Shown here: piece after piece, positions 51,201 to 63,329 of the stretch
Position numbering within the stretch: the first letter of the stretch is position 1
How the letters are laid out: every line of letters starts with the position of its first letter
Assembly (NCBI RefSeq): GCF_964355755.1
Contig: NC_092679.1
Coordinates: 23,233,432-23,297,431 of the forward strand
DNA length: 64,000 nucleotides
Reading direction: 5' to 3'
DNA from: Antedon mediterranea
Lineage: Eukaryota; Animalia; Echinodermata
Notes under the pieces: model-generated
What the model saw: the letters and a program-made list of their open reading frames with translations, nothing else
Told to the model about the DNA's origin: nothing
The model's database searches: none
Position numbers and translations under genes: made by a program

Positions 51201-54200
51201 TATGGAATCTTTAAAAACAAGTGTAGGGAGGGGGGTTATAGTAAAGGCACCTGGTGGCGAGGTAAACCTTTCGATGAAACCATACATGCTTGCAACGCCT
51301 GATTCGACGTGTATCATTTTGTGATCACTTCGAGACGTGACACACGATTTCGAGAAATAGTATTAGCGCATTCTAATTACGACCTCTAATGTTCGGACTG
51401 CACTTTTATATTCACGATTATTGGTGATTTGTTTTGGTCATACAGTTAGGTCCCCTCCTTTAGTGATTTGTTTTGGTCATACAGTTAGGTCTCCTCCTTT
51501 GGTGATTTGTTTTGGTCATACAGTTAGGTCTCCTCCTTTGGTGATTTGTTTTGGTCATACAGTTAGGTCCCCTCCTTTGGTGATTTGTTTTGATCATACA
51601 GTTAGGTCCCCTCCTTTGGTGATTTGTTTTGGTCATACAGTTAGGTCCCCTCCTTTGGTGATTTGTTTTGGTCATACAGTTAGGTCCCCTCCTTTGGTGA
51701 TTTGTTTTGGTCATACAGTTAGGTCCCCTCCTTTGGTGATTTGTTTTGGTCATACAGTTAGGTCCCCTCCTTTGGTGATTTGTTTTGGTCATACAGTTAG
51801 GTCCCCTCCTTTAGTGATTTGTTTTGGTCATACAGTTAGGTCTCCTCCTTTGGTGATTTGATTTGGTCATACAGTTAGGTCCTCTCCTTTGGTGATTTGT
51901 TTTGATCATACAGTTAGGTCCCCTCCTTTGGTGATTTGTTTTGGTCATACAGTTAGGTCTCCTCCTTTGGTGATTTGTTTTGGTCATACAGTTAGGTCCT
52001 CTCCTTTGGTGATTTGTTTTGGTCATACAGTTAGGTCCCCTCCTTTGGTGATTTGATTTGGTCATACAGTTAGGTCTCCTCCTTTGGTGATTTGTTTTGG
52101 TCATACAGTTAGGTCCCCTCCTTTGGTGATTTGTTTTGGTCATACAGTTAGGTCCTCTCCTTTGGTGATTTGTTTTGGTCATACAGTTAGGTCTCCTCCT
52201 TTGGTGATTTGTTTTGGTCATACAGTTAGGTCCCTTCCTTTAGTGATTTGTTTTGGTCATACAGTTAGGTCTCCTCCTTTGGTGATTTGTTTTGGTCATA
52301 CAGTTAGGTCTCCTCCTTTGGTGATTTGTTTTGGTCATACAGTTAGGTCCCCTCCTTTGGTGATTTGTTTTGGTCATACAGTTAGGTCTCCTCCTTTGGT
52401 GATTTGTTTTGGTCATACAGTTAGGTCCCCTCCTTTGGTGATTTGTTTTGGTCATACAGTTAGGTCCTCTCCTTTGGTGATTTGTTTTGGTCATACAGTT
52501 AGGTCCCCTCCTTTGGTGATTTGTTTTGGTCATACAGTTAGGTCTCCTCCTTTGGTGATTTGTTTTGGTCATACAGTTAGGTCCCCTCCTTTGGTGATTT
52601 GTTTTGGTCATACAGTTAGGTCCCTTCCTTTAGTGATTTGTTTTGGTCATACAGTTAGGTCTCCTCCTTTGGTGATTTGTTTTGGTCATACAGTTAGGTC
52701 CCCTCCTTTGGTGATTTGTTTTGGTCATACAGTTAGGTCCCCTCCTTTGGTGATTTGTTTTGGTCATACAGTTAGGTCCTCTCCTTTGGTGATTTGTTTT
52801 GGTCATACAGTTAGGTCTCCTCCTTTGGTGATTTGTTTTGGTCATACAGTTAGGTCCCTTCCTTTAGTGATTTGTTTTGGTCATACAGTTAGGTCTCCTC
52901 CTTTGGTGATTTGTTTTGGTCATACAGTTAGGTCTCCTCCTTTGGTGATTTGTTTTGGTCATACAGTTAGGTCCCCTCCTTTGGTGATTTGTTTTGGTCA
53001 TACAGTTAGGTCCCCTCCTTTAGTGATTTGTTTTGGTCATACAGTTAGGTCCCCTCCTTTGGTGATTTGTTTTGATCATACAGTTAGGTCCCCTCCTTTG
53101 GTGATTTGTTTTGGTCATACAGTTAGGTCCCCTCCTTTGGTGATTTGTTTTGGTCATACAGTTAGGTCTCCTCCTTTGGTGATTTGTTTTGATCATACAG
53201 TTAGGTCTCCTCCTTTGGTGATTTGTTTTGGTCATACAGTTAGGTCTCCTCCTTTGGTGATTTGTTTTGGTCATACAGTTAGGTCCCCTCCTTTGGTGAT
53301 TTGTTTTGATCATACAGTTAGGTCCCCTCCTTTGGTGATTTGTTTTGGTCATACAGTTAGGTCCCCTCCTTTGGTGATTTGTTTTGGTCATACAGTTAGG
53401 TCCCCTCCTTTGGTGACCGTGATTTGTTTTGATCATACAGTTAGGTCCCCTCCTTTGGTGATTTGTTTTGGTCATACAGTTAGGTCCCCTCCTTTAGTGA
53501 TTTGTTTTGGTCATACAGTTAGGTCCCCTCCTTTAGTGATTTGTTTTGGTCATACAGTTAGGTCCCCTCCTTTGGTGATTTGTTTTGGTCATACAGTTAG
53601 GTCTCCTCCTTTGGTGATTTGTTTTGGTCATACAGTTAGGTCCCCTCCTTTAGTGATTTGTTTTGGTCATACAGTTAGGTCCCCTCCTTTGGTGATTTGT
53701 TTTGGTCATACAGTTAGGTCCCCTCCTTTGGTGATTTGTTTTGGTCATACAGTTAGGTCTCCTCCTTTGGTGATTTGTTTTGGTCATACAGTTAGGTCTC
53801 CTCCTTTGGTGATTTGTTTTGGTCATACAGTTAGGTCCCCTCCTTTAGTGATTTGTTTTGGTCATACAGTTAGGTCCCCTCCTTTGGTGATTTGTTTTGG
53901 TCATACAGTTAGGTCCCCTCCTTTGGTGATTTGTTTTGGTCATACAGTTAGGTCTCCTCCTTTGGTGATTTGTTTTGGTCATACAGTTAGGTCTCCTCCT
54001 TTGGTGATTTGTTTTGGTCATACAGTTAGGTCCTCTCCTTTAGAAGGACAGTTTCCCGTGAATCGAACAAGGGAAATGTGTGTCCTAACACTATACGGAC
54101 AACACCATTCAGGATACACGGCGGGACAACATTGTATAAGGGGGAACTTTGCTGAGTTCAGAAGTCTTCTTATAGACATTTTGGATAATTTTAAATATTC

Positions 54201-57200
54201 TATTGGCAACGTGTCTAGGCCTACGTCGATGCACTTTTACAACAGTCAACATGAGCACGATAATATAGAATATTACTACAACAGCAGTCAACATAGGCAC
54301 GATAATGTAGAACATTACTACAACAGTCAACATGAGCACGATAATGTAGAACATTACTACAACAGCAGTCAACATAGGCACGATAATGTAGAACATTACT
54401 ACAACAGTCAACATAGGCACGATAATGTAGAACATTACACTTTGCGAAAGGTATACAAATGTACAAATGGGATGTGTTAATCAATCACGATATAGAATAT
54501 CTCGAAGCATGCTAATGTTTAGTTTTCAATATCCGTACATCTGCTATGCTATATTAGTCGTATATGATGGATAACATAGTCACAACACACATCCAACGGT
54601 ATCAATAACAACGTACTCTTATGAATAAGGAATTAATATACTCATAGCAGTCTAGAATTACTAAGTTTATAAAAAAAATGTGCAAAATGACTAGGTTTGT
54701 AAGATTAGGTTAGTACAGTACCGTCCGCTCGGCGTTGTGTGTAAATAGTTATAAGGTATTAACGTAGATGTCCTGAGCGGAACCACCGCCGTCCGCGCTC
54801 CGCCGCCGCGTTGTTGTGTGTAAATGTTGTGTCATAAGGAATAACATAGGTTCTATATTTGTATTACCGTTACCGCCTGTCTGTGTAAATTGGCCTTTAC
54901 CGTTACCGCTCCTCGAGATCTGAATAAATTGGGCCTCAGGAATTAATCGGACGACTTAATGTCCGCTACATTCGGACATTATGTTATCGGTGCTGATATT
55001 ACGAATCCGTTATTACGAACAGCGTATGCATTTTACTTCCTCCGAAATGTTACGTAAACGGCGTTCCATAGTCCTCCTTCTATAACCTGATAACTCTCGC
55101 TCTGTTTATTATCTGTAGGCCTAATACAAATTTCAAACCTAGAATGGCGTTTAATCTATCATTTGTATGATACTGCTGTAGGTTAACCAAACTAAACTAT
55201 TGGGTTAATCTTAACATTTGCTGTTGAAAAGACTTTTAGAAAGACATTTAGAAAATAGTTGATTTATTCTATATCTTAAAATTGATTCTTTTTTACTATC
55301 ACGATAACCCGATTGTATCTGATGCCATAAATCAGGCGATAAAAACATTACCGACAGCAATTAGAAGCTTATAACAACTTTACTGCTAAACTTTCAACAG
55401 TTTCGAAATGGTTCGTTTTTTTAATATCGATTATTTTTAATAAATGTCATATAATGCCGAAAAAAAAAAAGTTCTCTAATATTTCTTTATTTTAGTAAGT
55501 TAAAAATCCAGTACTTAAATCATAATTGTCAAATCATTTATAATTTAATTGTAGGAACAAAACATGATAATCGTGTTTTTAAATTAGATCACATCTACCT
55601 TAGTATTATATTAGTAGAATTTGAAAAACAATAATCTGTAGTACTATAACAGCAAGATTACACAAAAATTATTAAATCGTGTCATTTCTAACGATAGGGC
55701 GAATTTCGCCTGTTACCCTAACGTACCCCTATTTGATTTTAGTACACATGCGCAAAAAGGATGTAAAGCTTGGTTCCCACAAGAAGAACGCAACGAAATA
55801 ACGTAGACGCAGCGCAATGACGTAGACGCAACGCAAAAGAGCTGAACACCAATGACAAGCAATAGTTCGAATAATCCATCGCTTGTGATTGGTCAAACGT
55901 CATTGTGTTGCGCCTCTAGTGGGAACCAAGCAAAGCGCAACGCAAGTAATTGGACCAGTCACGATGCGATGGGATGATGATTGTGGAAACCAATCTTTAG
56001 CGACTTCTACTGTTCTAAATTTGTCTGTAGGCCTATAGTACGAAATATATGCAAATAAATAAACGCCTGTAATTCGCCTTCACTGTAATAGGGGCCTTAA
56101 GATTAAAATAGTAAATCAAAGATAATTTCCCACCAACAACGACATAGTTTCAAATCTAAATTTGAGCGCGATCATATTGCGTAAGCGATACGCGTTCCGT
56201 TACTGATATTTCATAACGAGAGCTAAGAAGTTGACGCTAAAGGCGTCACAATGTGTGAACATCTTATTCACTCGCATAGCAGCTAAATATTTCCACCATA
56301 GGCCGTCTAACCATAGTAACAGCATGCGGGAGTATGTCGGCTGATACCCCGACGTGTTAGAAAACATATCGTGTTTTGTTTTTCGAATAAGTGAGCTTAG
56401 TATTAAACGTTTGGATAGCGGATAATTTGACATAAATTCGATATATATCGGGTTTATGATTTAATAACCTCTTTAGAGTATTATGTTAACATGGTTGTTG
56501 TAGATGAACAATCTTAAAATGTTCTTGTTTGCAACGGTAATAATGGTACCTTGTTCAAATATCATTTTCCATAAAATGTTGTATTCTTTCGTCATCTCGT
56601 CGTGTCCTCAACATCGATTTATCCGGCACCACCAGCGCCAACATAATTATAGATATAGTTAATTTTATATTGTATGTGGAGAGACTAGGATCTATATTCT
56701 TAAGGTCAATTTACACAGACGAGCGGTAACGGTAAGCGGAAAGCCGCGTACCTTGTCCCACGTACAATCTGTATCTTTGAAACCAACCGCCCGCGCTCCG
56801 CCGCCACCGCGTTGTGTTTAAATGGTAATAAGGAATAACATAGGTTCTATATTTGCATTACTTTACTATTTATTATTTAATTGAAAAAAAAAATTATATT
56901 AATATGGTACTGAATACTAGCGTTGAACAACCTACAATATTGATGTCATGTAAAATGCCATGATAAATAAAATACATGACAATATGCAGCACGAACGCGT
57001 CCACTGACATGAGCAATGATCCGGTTAAATTGAGATGAAAATAGTTGAATATTGAAATTATTCTATATAATATGAAAACTCGTACATTGATAATTGCGTC
57101 AAATAAGGTGATTCACGCTCGCATATAGATAGTAATGTTATTGGATTTATTCGACAATAGTAGGCCTAATATTTAGCTTATTTGTTGAATTATTCGACAA

Positions 57201-60200
57201 ATTCTCTCGCTAAAATGTTGGGGCTAGACTTGACTTGTTTGCCATTTTTGTAGAAATTTCGAAAGCTTAATTTGTCTCTTTAGTTACACCATTATTGGGC
57301 GCGTCTTGAATGTTTACAAAATAAATTATTAATTTGAAAAAGCCGTGGATATCAGTGGCTGGATCTTAATGCAGATAAAATAAATAGAAAGATATTTAAA
57401 TCAAAACGGTAAAGCAAATCAGCAAAAAAGTAAGTGTTTTGGGGAAAATACTATGCTGTCGATCGTCCGGAATAATTATCTGTGACTAGCGGTTTTCAAG
57501 ATATAGAGTACTTATAGAAAATGGCGGCCATTTTGAATTATGCAAATTAGACTACTTCCCGTTGTCGAAAAACGTCCTAACGTTGATAAATGTGTTCAGT
57601 AGGGTCTAAAGAACACATTTTATCAAAAAAAACCTTTTCTTGCAATTTGTGTGAGAAAAGGGTCATTTTTTAGCTAAATCCCATGGACTATAATTGAGAA
57701 TGATGTTAGAGTTACATTACAAATCCCTCTTCCCAAAAATACTGGAACTAATTGACTACATGTACAATTTCTACTGGATATTCCTATTCTCTTGTCATAA
57801 TAATTATTATCGGGGTAGACTGAACTTATCCTACAATAACTATTATGTACTGTACTCAATATGATAGCTGAATGTCATTAAAATTCGCATTTGTAACGTT
57901 ATATTGGTGTAGTATTCTTCAACAAATTGATGTAATTTTGTTGATACAATATGTGTCAATGATACGCCTATTCTCTCTTCAAACACAACAGTTCAAACTG
58001 GTATTACTACAGTATTGCCACAATACGGTCGAGCTTATATTCCCTTCTAACACAATTACATAAATTAATATTAATCGAAGACTGAAGTGAAGAACTCCAA
58101 ATTAAGGGGACCCATTCTGGACCCATTCTGGACCCATTCTGGACCCATTCTGGACCCATTCTGGACCCATTCTGGACCAAATACAGTTTCCATGAATAGC
58201 TCCCCTTGGGGTTGAATGTTGTATATTTCCACTCGTTCGTTTTAGCAGGAAGGTGTCCCCTTAATAGAGGTGCACACTGTATTTGATTGAATATTGAATC
58301 GAATTCAATTCAATTCAAATTAAATTAATTTACTTCCTTTTACAATTTAAACAATAATGGAATAAATAAAACATAGCCAAATAACAATAAATCTGAGGGA
58401 AAAGGAAGAATGCAGGATCCCAGAAATATACATAATCTGGAGTCGGGTCTGCCTGTGACACAAAACGAAGGGATAAAGACAAGCGGGACACGGGACAGGA
58501 CAAATCAACAAAAAACAACATTGTTATTGTTATTGTTATTTATTTGTTCAATGTTTTAACAACATTGAACAACATAACGTTAATGAACTATTAAAATACA
58601 CTCTCAAGGGTCCAATTTTGTTTAGGTGAATCATCTCTTTGTGGTAACATTATACGGTTAAATCTATATACATCATTAATGTAATGCATTATGAATCGAT
58701 AAAATTATATATATAACATTTGTTTTTATCGCTTTCAGTTTAGATCGAAGTTAAAGAGCAAATTCATTCTCCAATCAGAGAATGGAGGAATTATTAGTTT
58801 AAACCAACTCTTCCATGATCAGTGAATTGGGCTTCGAAGACAACCGTTTGTGACCATGTACAACTGATTATCTGGACTTGGACCTAATCCACCAAAAACA
58901 GAGAATCGAATGATAAGATGAGATAAGCACATCCCTGTGTCTCTCGCACGCGCAATCAATTGACAAACTCTTAAGCTTAGTTCCCACTAGCGACGCAACG
59001 CGACGCAACGCAACGCAAGAAAATTATTGTGTTTGCAACCGCCTGCGTGAAATCAACCTGCAATGCTTCCAGCACTGTTGCTTCGTCGGTTTCCACTTGT
59101 GATTACGCAATACAGCACTTTGCGTCGATACGTCGCTGCGCTGCGTTAAGCTTGGTTCCCACTAGAACGTAACGTAAGGACGTAAACGCAACGCAAGCGT
59201 TTTAACCAATGACAAGCGAAGTTATAGACAGTTAGCAATCACAAGCGAATAAGCCATCGCTTGTGATTGGTCAATTCACTTGCGTTGCGTTACGTCCTTG
59301 TCTTGCGTCGCTAGTGGGAACCACGCTTTATAGTGGGAACCACGCTTTAGTTCATGTTAGAACCTGGACATCAATCCACAAAAAAAGAGGAATCAATTAA
59401 CATGACGTAATCAGTTCCATATCACAGGTATAGTGAAACATCGAAAGCTGAGCCGACCCTCGACCAAAAGATTTGAACCCAAACTCTCGGATTGCCTGCA
59501 ACAGCACTAGTAGTAGCATTACATACCTTCATGTTCTTAGCACTAACTTTAAAACGCAAACTGTCGAATTCAATTATGATATCTATTTCATAATTATAAT
59601 ATTGTTTATTTAATTCACTTTGTCTAAAAGCGATTTTAGCGATATTGCGTGTTCACCTGCCCGCTATTAGGCCTACTACATCAACACACATGGGGCCTGT
59701 CCACACTAGAGCATGTTTAAGCTCTGCCTACACTATCAAACCAGGGAAGAGTGAAACTTTTCCCTGATCAAACTTTATGGATTGTGACAAAAAAATCACC
59801 GGTGATGTGCCCATATGGAAATGATGATTGTCATATCATTACCATATTTAAGCATATCACTACTACCATTATTTAAGCACATCACACTCTTTTTGTCTAG
59901 TTTTCTAGTTTAGACAGAGCTTTCATTATGTATATTTTAGGTTTTTGTACTATTCTTATCTTAATACGCGCACTAATTAGTCAGGATGAGTCAATCTTGG
60001 CAATGTGCCTTATCTGTTATAAATAATTTAATTACGGATTTCTGTGATTTAGTTCAATCGGTAATACGATCAGAAGAGATAAGCTTTACATATGTAACCT
60101 AAATAATGATACAGTATATTATTAATCAATAATGCGACATGAAAAGATCTGTATCACGTGAAACCTGTTAGGCAAATGCAAGTTGGAGATAGATATTGAG

Positions 60201-61025
60201 GCGAGAGACTGATAAAGGTAATAGGCAGATTTCAATTTGCGATGGCCTAGGACCTAGGGGCGAGTTACGTCACGTTCCATTGTCCTCGGCACAGTTTTGC
60301 TGAATTCTGGTTCAGGTGACAATCAACGATACATTACGTAGGTCCTTAGAATATGGATATGATCTGATAAATTATTTTAAATTGAAATCCCATCCGCATT
60401 GTTATTGAATTGTCGTCACTGCAGGGATTGGAAGAAGTTCAACCCTACGAGTTAAGTCGCATTCACACACACGTTCCGTTTCATGGAACGAAACACGGCG
60501 CCGTGTTGTTAAATAATGGAAAATTATATAAAGAGTAACGGCTTTAAAGCGCGGTTCCCACTAGCGATTTAACGTAACGCAACACTACGACGTATTGACG
60601 CAAAGTGCTGTATTGCGTAATCACAAGTGGGAACCGATGACGTAATAGTGCTGCAAACACGCAGGTTTGATTACACGCAGGCGGGGCAAACACAATTATC
60701 AGAAGGGCATTTTGTTACGTTGCGTAGGTTGCGTATACGTTGCGTTGCTAATGGAAACCAAGCGTTAGTGTGAATGTAGCATTAATGTTCGATTGGATGA
60801 AAACGCATTTACTAATTTAAAAAAAACAAAACCCTGAAACACAGCTGGGAATGAATGAGTTGGACACAGGATTGGTTGTCCATAATCACCCGATGATGTG
60901 GGATGGGAATATTTGAATGTATTAAAAGTACACTTACTTTCTGCCACTGTTAAGAACACCAGGGCCATGGTTGCGAATATAAACACCAAATACACTTTAT
61001 ATTGTCCTTCTGAACGACAAATCAT
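41815..61025 (-). CDS. Delta/DLK-like EGF-repeat protein (signal peptide + 8 EGF, first two DOS-type; no DSL found), 361 aa
   Basis: Exons (-) 61025-60938, 47747-47702, 47554-47424, 45879-45704, 44900-44696 and 42254-41815. Total 1086 nt with consistent phases. Eight six-cysteine EGF units can be read across the junctions. One intron is GC-AG. Confidence 0.85.
44696..44900 (-). CDS. Delta/DLK-like gene exon (EGF4-EGF6 start)
   Basis: DSRDGMGCLCPIDYEGVHC...CTESSCDE(G)|gctagt; GC donor inferred. Confidence 0.88.
45287..45470 (+). repeat. 23-bp tandem repeat x8
   Basis: TATAAGAATAAGTACGGATTAAA. Confidence 0.95.
45704..45879 (-). CDS. Delta/DLK-like gene exon (EGF3 + half of EGF4)
   Basis: SKGYCHYNVPCLNGGTC...GQCKNNGTCV|gtaagt. 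Confidence 0.93.
47424..47554 (-). CDS. Delta/DLK-like gene exon (EGF1 C-half + EGF2)
   Basis: CHDGYGGKLCNVCVPSQNCVNGYCINPGGCRCNPGWHGMFCDI|gtaggt. Confidence 0.93.
47702..47747 (-). CDS. Delta/DLK-like gene exon (EGF1 N-half)
   Basis: attttcag|CLDCDHGICDGSKC(R)|gtatta. Confidence 0.85.
49496..49865 (+). repeat. (TGAT/TCGA)n-derived microsatellite with a ~60-bp higher-order unit
   Basis: GATCGATCAAGTGAGCGAATTATTGATTGATTAATTGATCGAATGATTGACCTATT recurs about 4 times. Confidence 0.9.
51421..54041 (+). repeat. 39-bp satellite, ~67 copies (2.6 kb), inside the first coding intron of the Delta-like gene
   Basis: Unit TTGGTGATTTGTTTTGGTCATACAGTTAGGTCCCCTCCT, very low divergence. Confidence 0.99.
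54237..54440 (+). repeat. Alternating ~39/42-bp tandem repeat, ~5 units
   Basis: TACAACAG(CAG)TCAACATRRGCACGATAATGTAGAACATTAC. Confidence 0.88.
58109..58158 (+). repeat. 11-bp repeat GACCCATTCTG x4-5 within a MITE-like element
   Basis: Seen directly. Confidence 0.9.
58974..59346. mobile_element. MITE family C (TIR AGCTTGGTTCCCACTAG, TTA TSD) with a nested related MITE at 59149-59327
   Basis: Both the outer and inner elements are flanked by TTA. Other copies at ~40308-40385, 41677-41801, 48154-48333, 55767-55931 and 60548-60764. Confidence 0.85.
60938..61025 (-). CDS. Delta/DLK-like gene: signal-peptide exon
   Basis: MICRSEGQYKVYLVFIFATMALVFLTVAE, then a|gtaagt; the phase-1 donor matches the phase-1 acceptor at 47747. 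Confidence 0.72.
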
Positions 61026-63149
61026 TGTTTCTCCTCGTCACAAATTTGGAATCGTCTTTACATACAATCATAGCCACAGCCAAGTCTTCAACTCATTATG
61101 AGTGAATTACATATTCCGGTATCTTGTTCATTGTCCACACAGAAAAGAGCTTCCTGGTGATTCAATCCACCTTGTAGGCCTACTTGTAATACTCTTGTTC
61201 TCTCCAATGAGAGAGATTTTATTAATGCTCTTAACTTTTGCCGCTAAGGATAACGCTGCAATCGAACGAACGTCAGAAAATGCCGTCTCAAGAACGTTAG
61301 ATATTCACTTCAGCGCGCGCCGCCTCGCAGGAACCGGTTGTTTCTGTGGAGTTAACAATAAGTGTACTATTACAAACATCCATTAGGTACATAAACCATT
61401 ACCATTAATGATATAACGAGAAATGCATAATGAGCAAAATGTCAACGCTTTACTGAAAGAATTGACGATAATGATTTACATAAACGCGATTCAGCATAAT
61501 AAAAACTGTGGCAATTGTTTATGCGTTATGGATTAAAACATACAACACTTTAAACGCGTTACAGATCAAGTTGACGCGATTGAGCATATCTTAAACGCAA
61601 GTTTGGAATAAAAAACGTCTTTATTAGCTTTTCTTTACAGTGTAAATTACGTTCTGCATTAACATGGGTCTAAAACAGTTTTAAAATGCTTAATAAATGT
61701 AAATTCGTTACATACATTAAGTTGCCGCAATGATGATGTGCATTAATTTGTGAATCAGAAACGCAATTTTGTAATAAACAACGGGTTATTAGAAACCCAG
61801 ACGTTTTTCTTGACATTTAAACTGTAACTGAACAATTGAAATTATAACTAACATAAATGTAATTACTCCGATACCATGACGACTAATTACATCATGTTTT
61901 GGTTTTAACTTCAAATTGCGTCATTCTAAAACATCTACACTTAAATCGAAAACCTGGATGCTCATAAAAACGATTAAATTCAAACATTAAATCGAAATTC
62001 AGCGATAATGTAACTGTAATCTTCAGGCGCCTGCTGAATCGAACTGTCGATGGAAAAGGGGTGATCATCAAAATATATTGTAACATTTAAATCTGTTTAA
62101 TATCAGTATCAGGCGTGTGTTCGATTAGATTATTGATCGTGAGATCGTGGTTCGAATCCAACTGTCGCCGCATTTCTTGTATCCTTATAGACACTTACTT
62201 ACTGTATACATTTGCATCTGTCCACCCAGGTCATGTTTGACTCAACAAATGACCGGGGTAATAATGTGCTATGTGCATTTGAGCATGATTATTCTAAATA
62301 GAAATGTGGTAATTATTATTGTCAGCATCAAGGTACACCCATTTTAAAGGAGATCACTTTCTCGTTCAACGAACAAGGGGGGAAGTATATGTTTTAAGAC
62401 GTAGGCCATCCAATCCCTATTTAATGGACATCAAATATTATGGGGAAAATATGTTGGGTTCCAAGGGTGTCCTTAATCTATAGGGATTCCAATGTATATC
62501 ACTGAAGCCGTCATACGTTCTCTATTTCTATTTATGAAGAACTTTTAATCTTACAAATACACATCCACATCTAGCTTCATTGTCTTTTATATTTCAATAT
62601 AGCCTATAGTAGTTAAAAAACAATTAAAATGAATATTATTGCTGTGTATGTCGTTTCTGACAATATTCTGGCGTGTTTTTTGTTTGCTGCAGCAGACAAT
62701 AATATCGGGTTTTTTAAACTGTGGGCCTAATTTGGGCATGATACTCTGTGTATCGGTCTGTGTGTTTTTAAAACGCTGCGAGTGAACTGAAACAGAAATG
62801 TATATAAATCCAAAGGCAATGCTATGGGTATCAGCGATAAGTAAAACAGTCAAACAAAATTGGCAGAACTTTCAAGCAACATCAGTGCAAGAAATGTAAA
62901 ATCCTACTGCATACTGACGCCAATGTTGATGAAGAATTAATTTCGTTTAATAACCAGAGGAAAATTGTCTTAATTTTGAAGACGTAAAAAGCTGTAGGTT
63001 AGTCGAAAGTAAATACACAATAATTAATAGCAATATAAACCAGGATACGTGTCAACAATAACAGCCACGGGTCTTTGAAATGGTTAGTTGATCGTTTGTA
63101 TTATTACAATACCACTATGTATAAGAATACATCGTCATAATGAAGTAGG

Positions 63150-63329
63150 TTTATAATAATGATCTATAGACAGGATTCAGACACATTTTTATCGGGAAAA
63201 TAGACTTATAAATAATGATCTATAGACAGGATTCAGACACATTGTATCGGGAAAATAGACTTATAAATAATGATCTATAGACAGGATTCAGACACATTTG
63301 TATCGGCAAAATAGACTTATAAATAATAA
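63150..63329 (+). repeat. ~56-bp tandem repeat x3
   Basis: TTATAAATAATGATCTATAGACAGGATTCAGACACATTTGTATCGGGAAAATAGAC. Confidence 0.93.

Noticed and set aside
52084-54480. 798-aa ORF and the neighbouring VICFGHTVRSPPL / MTKTNHQRRGPNC ORFs
   Set aside because: These are translations of a 39-bp (3n) satellite. The frame is broken by a stop at ~51859, and there is no splice context or domain.
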